A stretch of 46,990 bases of DNA from an uncultured Ktedonobacterales bacterium. GTDB taxonomy: Bacteria; Chloroflexota; Ktedonobacteria; Ktedonobacterales; JADMIN01. Both the position numbers and the translations under genes were made by a program. This document shows, one piece after another, positions 27,950 to 35,080 of this stretch (position 1 is the stretch's first letter; each line of letters begins with the position of its first letter). The stretch lies in NCBI GenBank assembly GCA_964469715.1, contig CAYYCB010000001.1:21777-68766 (forward strand). Reading direction: 5' to 3'. The notes beneath the pieces are model-generated. The model was not told the DNA's origin. It saw only the letters and a program-made list of their open reading frames with translations, and searched no databases.

Positions 27950-28240
27950 CACCGGCTTAGGCCGACCGTAAGGGAGTCCGACAGGGCAGTGAGTGCCTTT
28001 GCCGGACTCCCTTCGTTTCTGGGCAACCCACAATCCCGCAGACTACGCCGCATGTCGAATCTCAGCACCCTGTACGACATGGGATATCCTCGGAGATATG
28101 GCCGCAAAGCAGGCGCAGGGTGGGACCAAAACAGGCACGCGTTGTGCTACGGACGCAGCGAGCGGGGCAATGCCTCGTTCCGCGAAAGGGACTCACTCGG
28201 CAGGGCGACACATCGCCAGCAGAGAATGAGGGCTGGCCAC

Positions 28241-29386
28241 ATGCGTCTCATTCAGTCGAGGCACTCTTGGTGCTCGGTCCTATGGTGTTCGTTCCTCTGC
28301 GGCCTCATAGCAGCAGGCGTAACAGCGTGCGGCGAGGTACACAGGAGCACGGTCAATAACACACCTACTCCTTTGTCACCTACAGGACCTATCGCCGGCT
28401 CCATGCAGTTCACTGCGCAAGCTGACCCAAATGGCGTATCAAACGCGGCGCTTGTGGGAGCCGACGTGGAGATTCGCTGGAGTTGGCTCGAGCCCAACGC
28501 CCCGGCTAACGGCACGCATCAGTACGACTGGGCCCAGTTCGACGACATCATCGCCCGCTGGCACGCCGCCGGCAAGCGCGTCATGCTCCTGGTCCACTAC
28601 ACCGATTACACCGGGTCGTGCTCTAGCCAACAGGAGATGCCCGCGTGGGAGATCGCCCGCATCCAACATGTGTGCGATTCGGCCTACGGAGTGGTCACTC
28701 CGAATTACTTCGACCCGACTTTCATCACCGACCTGCGGACCTTCGTGCACGCCATCGGCGACCACTACGCCGCCAGCCCCTATAAGGGCGACATCGCCTA
28801 CGTGCGCATCGGAGTCGGCGTTGGCGGTGAGGCGTTCCCTAACAAGACAGGTCCCAATGACCAGCCGACCTGGTCGCAAATGCAAAGTTGGGGATATACA
28901 CCCTACACCTGGCGTGAGTGGATAGAAGATCGCCTCAGCGATTACAAGTCGATGTTCCCCTGGACCCGCGTTATCGCGCCTGTGAACAATCAATTCTTCA
29001 CAGATCCTCAGCCGGACCCCACGACCGGGCTCACCGGGCTGACGTTGCAAATGGAGATCGCGTATTGGGCTGCTTCACGCGGATTCGGTATCGGCCAGCA
29101 AGGGCTGGCGCCCGGCTATAACTATGCCGGTATTCGTGACATCTGCCGCTATGTGCGTGCACACTGGCCCGGCACATTCATCCAATTCCAAACGACCTCG
29201 GGAACCCGCGACGCGGACACCATCAACGGGGATATACAGACAGCTTTTTGTTACGGAGGCACAGTGATCGAATGGTATGCCAAACCAGCAAACGATCCGG
29301 CGTTCGCCTCTGCATATGAGCACTTTAACGACCTGGTCACGGGTCGTGTCTCAGCGCCAGCAGACTACTGCTCTTCGCTTGCGTAG
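28241..29386 (+). CDS. Lipoprotein paralog of the putative glycoside hydrolase (paralog B)
   Basis: ORF 27989..29386. Probable start ATG 28241 (or 28226). Signal peptide with lipobox MRLIQSRHSWCSVLWCSFLCGLIAAGVTAC. Same domain as 26459..27949. Confidence 0.7.
   Translation: MRLIQSRHSWCSVLWCSFLCGLIAAGVTACGEVHRSTVNNTPTPLSPTGPIAGSMQFTAQADPNGVSNAALVGADVEIRWSWLEPNAPANGTHQYDWAQFDDIIARWHAAGKRVMLLVHYTDYTGSCSSQQEMPAWEIARIQHVCDSAYGVVTPNYFDPTFITDLRTFVHAIGDHYAASPYKGDIAYVRIGVGVGGEAFPNKTGPNDQPTWSQMQSWGYTPYTWREWIEDRLSDYKSMFPWTRVIAPVNNQFFTDPQPDPTTGLTGLTLQMEIAYWAASRGFGIGQQGLAPGYNYAGIRDICRYVRAHWPGTFIQFQTTSGTRDADTINGDIQTAFCYGGTVIEWYAKPANDPAFASAYEHFNDLVTGRVSAPADYCSSLA
28523..28807 (+). repeat. Copy 2 of the near-identical intragenic DNA tract
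   Basis: Offset +1437 nt from copy 1. The perfect run is 28550..28807. Confidence 0.9.
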
Positions 29387-29777
29387 GCATAGTTCCACAA
29401 GCAGCGGCATAATTCACAAGCGGCAGGAGCAGTACAGAGATCCGAGCCTGTCGCTTGGTGCGGGCGCGGTGACGAATTCCCTTCTCAACATAGCTCGTAA
29501 TGCCCACCGCGTCGGCGCTAAGCCGCTGTGCCGCGACAGAGGCGGTAAGGGTGAAATTGGAGCGATCTCATACTGATTTCGTCTGGGTTGTTGGTATATC
29601 GCGAGGACTTAAACCCGCATTGCGCCGTGCGCCGGCAGTTTCACTGCCGCGACCGCAAACCACAACTGCCCAACCGAACGTGGTATGAGTCGTCATGATG
29701 CACAGCCCTCGATCAAACATTCCCGATGTCGTGGGATAAGTGGACTAGGAGCATCCCATGCGAGAGTCACAAGTGGG

Positions 29778-30902
29778 TTAGCTTGCCTTCGCCTGCTGCC
29801 GTGCTGGGCGTTCTTCGAGCCGGCGCAGCATCGCCAGCACACGCGCCTCCTCCGGCGACAGACCCGACCGCTTGATCTCAGACGGCGTAAGCCTGCGCTC
29901 CTCGCGAAACAGGGTGCCATCCAGATAGGCGTCGACAACTCCGGGGTGAACGTAACACTTGCGACAGATCGTGGGCGTATTGCCCAGACGCTCGGCAGCC
30001 TTCCCGATCGCTTCCACTACGTTGTGTTTCGCCTCGACAGCGGTGCCCGGTTCACCCAGATGCTCAAGGGAATCAGTTGCCGTCACCGTCCCCGCCCACG
30101 TACGGAAATCCTTGGCGGTAAAATGTTCCCCTGATACCTCTCGAAGGTAGGTATTCACATCCGCCGAATCCACGGCGTGGCGCTCACCATCCTCGTCCAG
30201 GTACTGAAAGAGCCCGTACCCTGGCAGATCGCGCAGCCGTTGAATGATCCGCGAGAGTGTGCGATCCTTCACGGCGACTTCTTGCAACTTGCCACTCTTG
30301 CCGCGAAACTTGAACGTGAGCTTCGCTCCCGAAATGGCGACGTGTTGGTCGCGTAGCGTTGTCAGGCCGAATGAGTGGTTCTCGCGGGCATACTGCTCGT
30401 TGCCGACACGTATGAATGTCTCGTCAAGCAATGCGACGACGACGGCCAGCACACGATTCCACGACAGCCCTTGCTGTGCCAGGTCGCGCTCGACCGCCGC
30501 CCGAATGCGCGGAAGCGCCTCACCGAACGCAATGAGCTGGTTGTACTTTGACTCGTCCCGCACCGCTCGCCAGCGAGGATGATAGCGATACTGTTTGCGT
30601 CCCTTCGCGTCACGCCCGGTGGCTTGCAAGTGACCGTTGGGAGCGGTGGTGATCCAGACGTCGCTCCATGCCGGGGGAATACCAAGCGACCTAATGCGGT
30701 CGAGGGTCTGCGCGTCGCGCACACGTCTCCCGTCAGGGAACACATAAAGGAACCGGTCGCCTTTGGGGATTCGGCTTATCCCGGCCTGCGCGTCCGAAAC
30801 ATACCGCAGACCGGCCACCTTTGCGGTCTCATGTGGGGCTACGGTGCCGGCATCCCGGCTCTGACCGGTGGCGCGTACCCTCGGCGTCCGCGACTGCGAC
30901 AT
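29778..30902 (-). CDS. Type IB DNA topoisomerase (poxvirus/eukaryote-like bacterial TopIB)
   Basis: ORF 29778..30935. ATG 30902 after AGGAGAAGG. AGLRYVSD...GISRIPKG, IRSLGIPPAWSDVWI, GHLQATGRDAKGRKQYRYHPRW, FTAKDFRTWAGT, and C-terminal CRKCYVHP carrying the candidate catalytic Tyr. Confidence 0.8.
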   Translation of the reverse strand: MSQSRTPRVRATGQSRDAGTVAPHETAKVAGLRYVSDAQAGISRIPKGDRFLYVFPDGRRVRDAQTLDRIRSLGIPPAWSDVWITTAPNGHLQATGRDAKGRKQYRYHPRWRAVRDESKYNQLIAFGEALPRIRAAVERDLAQQGLSWNRVLAVVVALLDETFIRVGNEQYARENHSFGLTTLRDQHVAISGAKLTFKFRGKSGKLQEVAVKDRTLSRIIQRLRDLPGYGLFQYLDEDGERHAVDSADVNTYLREVSGEHFTAKDFRTWAGTVTATDSLEHLGEPGTAVEAKHNVVEAIGKAAERLGNTPTICRKCYVHPGVVDAYLDGTLFREERRLTPSEIKRSGLSPEEARVLAMLRRLEERPARQQAKAS

Positions 30903-31141
30903 GCGCCTTCTCCTGTAGTCGCGGGCAACTGCCAATCATCCATAGCGCGACGATCGCGATCCTCCGCGAAGGCCGCGGCTGCGCTCAAGATAGGCGCAAC
31001 CCCTATGCCATCGCTGTCTCTCGGGAAAGGCTTCTTGCTGCCCAGCGCGGCGAATTTCTCGTTCTTCATCGTTTCAAGCCCCCTATTCGGCAGGAGTAGC
31101 CCATGAATAACAGCAGAGATGGGATGAATGGGCACGTTGTA

Positions 31142-31170
31142 TTGTGGGGGTGAAGGGGCATAGGTATAAT
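31142..31170 (+). promoter_or_regulatory. Sigma-70-like promoter candidate upstream of the xer gene
   Basis: TTGTGG (31142..31147), then a 17-nt spacer, then TATAAT (31165..31170). It lies 127 nt upstream of ATG 31297 in a divergent intergenic region. Confidence 0.4.
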
Positions 31171-31296
31171 AGCAGCGCGTCGTGATGTTGGGGACGCATG
31201 GCGTGATGCTGGGGCCTGAACAGGATGGTCGGCACCAGTGTCGCGTAGCCGACTGTTAGCGTCCACCTGGGCAGAGTGAGGCGGTTAAAGCGCGAT

Positions 31297-32157
31297 ATGG
31301 ACGAGTCAATCCAGGAGTTTATGGCCGCGCTGGCCTCCGAGAGAAAGTCCAGCCAGAATACACTCGGGGCATACCGCACCGACCTACGCCAATTGGCCGA
31401 CTACCTCCACCGCCACGACATCCGCAGGTGGGCTGACGTGACACCCGCCCTCGTCACCGATTTTGTGCTGCACCTGCGGGAGCGGCGTTATGCAACTACT
31501 TCCATCGCGCGGAAGGTCGCGGCGATCAAGTCGTTCTTCCAATTTCTTCGGCGAACTGGCATGGTCTCATCTGATCCTGTCGGGAGCCTTCAGACGCCGA
31601 AGGTCGAGAAGGATCTTCCCCACGCGCTCACCCATGACGAAGTAGCCCGGCTCTTCGATGCGGTCGGGGCAGCGGGTGTCGCACTGCGCGATCTTGCCAT
31701 GCTTCATACGATTTACTCCACCGGCATGCGCGTGACGGAGCTGATCACGCTCGATGTCGCGCATCTGGACCTTGCCCGCGGCCACGTTCGCTGCGTGACA
31801 CGCAACCGCAAGGAGCGTGTGCTTCCGCTCTCCCTCCCCGCGCAAAAGTCTCTAAACGCCTATCTGGATGACTATCGGCGCACCTTGCTCCGCAACCCTA
31901 ACGAGCAGGCGCTCTTTCTGAATCATCACGGCCAGCGCCTCACACGGCAAGGTTTCTGGCTCATCATCAAAGGCTATGCGCGTGCCGCGGGCGTCGGCGA
32001 GATTACGCCGCACACCTTGCGCCATTCCTTCGCACTCGATATGCTCGGACGCGGCATGGAGCTTCGCTCTGTACAAGAGTTACTTGGCCACGCTAACATC
32101 TCCACCACACATGTCTATAAGCAGCTCCGCAAGGCTCAGCTCGTGACCGTCTCGTAG
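31297..32157 (+). CDS. Tyrosine site-specific recombinase, XerC/XerD family
   Basis: ORF 31276..32157. N-terminal SAM-like domain FMAALASERKSSQNTLGAYRTDLRQLADYL. Catalytic region HTLRHSFALDML...LLGHANISTTHVYKQL. Confidence 0.85.
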   Translation: MDESIQEFMAALASERKSSQNTLGAYRTDLRQLADYLHRHDIRRWADVTPALVTDFVLHLRERRYATTSIARKVAAIKSFFQFLRRTGMVSSDPVGSLQTPKVEKDLPHALTHDEVARLFDAVGAAGVALRDLAMLHTIYSTGMRVTELITLDVAHLDLARGHVRCVTRNRKERVLPLSLPAQKSLNAYLDDYRRTLLRNPNEQALFLNHHGQRLTRQGFWLIIKGYARAAGVGEITPHTLRHSFALDMLGRGMELRSVQELLGHANISTTHVYKQLRKAQLVTVS

Positions 32158-32221
32158 ATTCCCGGTCAATGATGCATGCAACCGCCTCAGCGGCACATTC
32201 GCACGGCAAAGGAGGCGGTCT

Positions 32222-33112
32222 GTGAGCAGCGGTGCGAAAGCCGGGAGCGAATTCGACAAAGTAGAGGCGGCCACGGACGCGCTCAGGGCACATATTGCCG
32301 TCCCACCGCGCGTGGCCTTGGTGCTGGGCAGCGGACTGGGCAACCTCGCAGACGAACTCGAGCAGCCTCACGCGGTTCAGTACAGCAAGATACCCCACTT
32401 TCCGCGAAGCACCGTCGAGGGTCACGCCGGGCGACTGGTATTCGGCGGCTTAGAGGGTGTGCCCCTGGTCGTCATGCAGGGGCGTTTCCACCTATACGAA
32501 GGGTATTCGCCACAAGAGGTCGTGCGGCCGATTCGTGTCATGCGGCGGCTTGGCGCGGAGATGCTCTTCGTGACGAACGCGGCCGGTGGCCTCAACCCGG
32601 CGCATGCCGCGGGCGATCTCATGGCCATCGCCGATCACATCGGGCTTCCTATGATGACCGGCCTCAATCCGCTGCTCGGACCAAACGATGAGCGATTCGG
32701 CCCGCGCTTCCCTGCGATGACCACAGCCTACGACGCGCATTTGCGCCAACTCGCATCGGACGTGGCTGATGAACAAGGCATCCGGCTGCATAGCGGTGTC
32801 TACGCTATGCTCTCCGGCCCAAACTATGAAACGCCTGCCGAGCTTCGTTTCTTCCGGCTGATCGGCGCTGACGCGGTCGGCATGTCCACCGTGCCTGAAG
32901 TCATCGCGGCTCGACATATGGGCATGCGCATCCTGGCCGTAAGCTGCATCACCAATGTCGCCCTTGGCTCGGACGGATTGAATACACCCGAAGCGGTTCA
33001 CGCGGACGTGCTCGCCACAGCCGCCCTGGCCTCAACTCGGCTAACCGCTATCATACGTGGCGTGCTACGTCGGGTCGCGGATGCCAAAGTAGGCGCTACC
33101 CCGCAACCGTAA
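32222..33112 (+). CDS. punA: Purine nucleoside phosphorylase (trimeric PNP/MTAP family)
   Basis: GTG 32222 after AAGGAGG. LGSGLG, VVMQGRFHLYEGY, FVTNAAGGLN, LSGPNYETPAELRFFRLIGADAVGMSTVPEVIAARH. Confidence 0.85.
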   Translation: MSSGAKAGSEFDKVEAATDALRAHIAVPPRVALVLGSGLGNLADELEQPHAVQYSKIPHFPRSTVEGHAGRLVFGGLEGVPLVVMQGRFHLYEGYSPQEVVRPIRVMRRLGAEMLFVTNAAGGLNPAHAAGDLMAIADHIGLPMMTGLNPLLGPNDERFGPRFPAMTTAYDAHLRQLASDVADEQGIRLHSGVYAMLSGPNYETPAELRFFRLIGADAVGMSTVPEVIAARHMGMRILAVSCITNVALGSDGLNTPEAVHADVLATAALASTRLTAIIRGVLRRVADAKVGATPQP

Positions 33113-33671
33113 CCGTCGTGAGAACATAGTAGCTGTAGCGCTGTGCCCCAACTCCCGTGACTTTCAGGGTATGCGGGCCTGTGGCCCCCGCCGGGACGAC
33201 GACATCCCATGAAGCCTGACCGCTGGCGTCCGTGATGACCGGCGCAATAGTCGCGGGCAACAGCGACGTGCCCGTAGTATCTTCAATCGTGCAGCGTACC
33301 CCCGCCGCGGGGCTGGCGCCATCGGCGCCGCTCGCGTTCACTTTAACGGCCAGATGTTCGCCCGCCGACGCCGGGTTCGGCGCAAACGAAATGGCCAGGC
33401 TAAAGTTTCCCGAGTAGGGTGGTATGGTTGGAGCTGACGAGGCGAGTGGTGCAGGAGAAGTTGCTGGACCAGCACTTTTCGTCACCTGAGTCTCGCCAGA
33501 AAAGCGCATGCCCGCTCCGCCGAGGGCCGCGCCCACCGTAATTCCAGCGCTAAGCCCGGTCACAGCGAAAATTGCGAGCACCGCGGCCACAAGTGCCGGC
33601 TTGATCCCACTGCCTGTCCCGTTCGTTCTCAAGTCAGCCACTCGTTTCCCATCGCGATCGGCCAGGCCCAC
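33096..33671 (-). CDS. Hypothetical single-pass membrane protein with an Ig-like beta-rich ectodomain
   Basis: TM IKPALVAAVLAIFAVTGLSAGITVGAAL, a Pro/Ser linker, then a beta-strand-patterned C-terminal ~110 aa. Its 3' end overlaps the convergent punA 3' end by 17 nt. Confidence 0.55.
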   Translation of the reverse strand: MGLADRDGKRVADLRTNGTGSGIKPALVAAVLAIFAVTGLSAGITVGAALGGAGMRFSGETQVTKSAGPATSPAPLASSAPTIPPYSGNFSLAISFAPNPASAGEHLAVKVNASGADGASPAAGVRCTIEDTTGTSLLPATIAPVITDASGQASWDVVVPAGATGPHTLKVTGVGAQRYSYYVLTTVTVAG

Positions 33672-33788
33672 CTAAGAATGTTGGCCGGTCAGAACATCGG
33701 CGACATTGTAGCAACAAGCCGCTGGGTATGCGACAACATAGCCGCGATGGCATGGCGCGAGAGTACTAGCTCAAGTCAGAGATTACGC

Positions 33789-34778
33789 TTACGATTGCTT
33801 GACGGGCGGAGTAAACGTCGCTTCAAAGTCGCCCACCCGCACCTCACCGTCGTCGAGCCTCAGCGCCTCTATGCTGAGCACCCGCGTCTCGGGCGGCAAT
33901 ATCGCCGGCCCCTTCCGTGTCATCGTCAGGTGACCCAGTCCTGCGTCTCGCAGCAGCCACTCCGCAAGCAGCACATATCCGGCCCACTGAGCCGGATCGC
34001 CGGTGCGTTCCCATATTGGCTCGCCATAGCGGAAACTCTGCTCAAAGAACTCGTTCTGTCTGATGGCGAATGGAAGCAACTTGCGTCCAATTTCTTCGCC
34101 TTCCACATCTCCCGCCTGCGTCATCGTCTGCACGACCTCGCGCACCCGCCGATTCTTTGGGTCGCACCGAGTCAACAGAATTCCGGCAAGCCCGATAGTA
34201 TGGCCCGCTTCGCGCACACGCGCCAACAAACGGAGCATTGACTCCAATCCTTCAAGCGCTGGTGTCTCCGCCACAACCGGGACGATCACCTGCTGAGTTG
34301 CGGCCAGTGCGTTGGTCATCAGCGGGCCACCCTCCGCGGGGAAGTCGATCAGCGCCAGATCGAAGTCCTGCGCGACAGCAGCAAGGATTCCAGCCAGCAC
34401 CCGCTCAGATTGCAGGTATCCTGCCGCATCAGCCAGTAGCTCGTCCCACGGGAGCACGGCAATGAACCCGCCCGACCAACTCGGTAGCGCCTGCAATCGT
34501 ACGGGTAGGCCGGCGCTGGCAAGCACTTCTTGCGCAAGCGGCGTCTCTGGCCCTGATCCTGGCGCAAGACCTTGGAAAGCAAGAAGAGTCCGCGAAAGAT
34601 CGCCATGCTCCGCTTCCGGCCAGATGTTGCGTAGTGAAGCCGTCGCCGTTCCTGGCTGAGCTAGATCAACCACCAGCACACGAGCGCCGGCAAGGGCACA
34701 CAGACGTGCAAGCAACGCGACCGTGGTGGACTTACCCTGGCCGCCCTTTCTGCTGGCGACGCCGTACACCCGCTGCAT
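33789..34778 (-). CDS. Orphan ParA/MinD-family ATPase with a C-terminal extension
   Basis: Deviant Walker A VASRKGGQGKSTTVALLA, VLVVDLAQPG, FDLALIDFPA. About 90 extra C-terminal residues with no motif I recognise. Confidence 0.75.
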   Translation of the reverse strand: MQRVYGVASRKGGQGKSTTVALLARLCALAGARVLVVDLAQPGTATASLRNIWPEAEHGDLSRTLLAFQGLAPGSGPETPLAQEVLASAGLPVRLQALPSWSGGFIAVLPWDELLADAAGYLQSERVLAGILAAVAQDFDLALIDFPAEGGPLMTNALAATQQVIVPVVAETPALEGLESMLRLLARVREAGHTIGLAGILLTRCDPKNRRVREVVQTMTQAGDVEGEEIGRKLLPFAIRQNEFFEQSFRYGEPIWERTGDPAQWAGYVLLAEWLLRDAGLGHLTMTRKGPAILPPETRVLSIEALRLDDGEVRVGDFEATFTPPVKQS

Positions 34779-35080
34779 GATTCACTCCTTGTGCGTTGCC
34801 TTTGGCCGCTCCAAAGCCTCATCAGTATGGCGACGGCGTCTCGCACATGTCAACGCAGCTAGGGATTCCGGCTGCGCGAGGTTGACGGCCACGAGTAACA
34901 GACCTATCATGCCAGGGCCGAGCCTGCCAACATACTTCGAGTTGGCCTCGGCCATCCGAGATGCCTCGCAGTCAAACATGCCACTCTGCGGTGCAGCAAG
35001 ACGAGAGCGAAACGCACCGTAACCAGCCTGCGCCTGTTAGTGCCACCTGCGCAGGATCGCAGCGGAATGGACTCGTTACA

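Noticed and set aside
26939-28033. 364-aa ORF on the - strand
   Set aside because: It is antisense to the hydrolase paralog A, whose frame is supported by a paralog with conserved protein sequence. The same reasoning applies to 28439..29050 opposite paralog B.
29400-29575. HTH-like coding remnant on the - strand (...LTASVAAQRLSADAVGITSYVEKGIRHRARTKRQARI...)
   Set aside because: It weakly resembles an XRE-type helix-turn-helix, but the frame is closed by a stop immediately upstream and has no usable start codon or RBS. At best it is a decayed fragment, which is too weak to call a pseudogene.
30839-31135. 98-aa - strand ORF (contains MKNEKFAALGSKKPF...) upstream of and overlapping the TopIB start
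   Set aside because: It has no recognisable motif, overlaps the TopIB 5' end out of frame and lies in a divergent promoter region. It cannot be supported from sequence alone.
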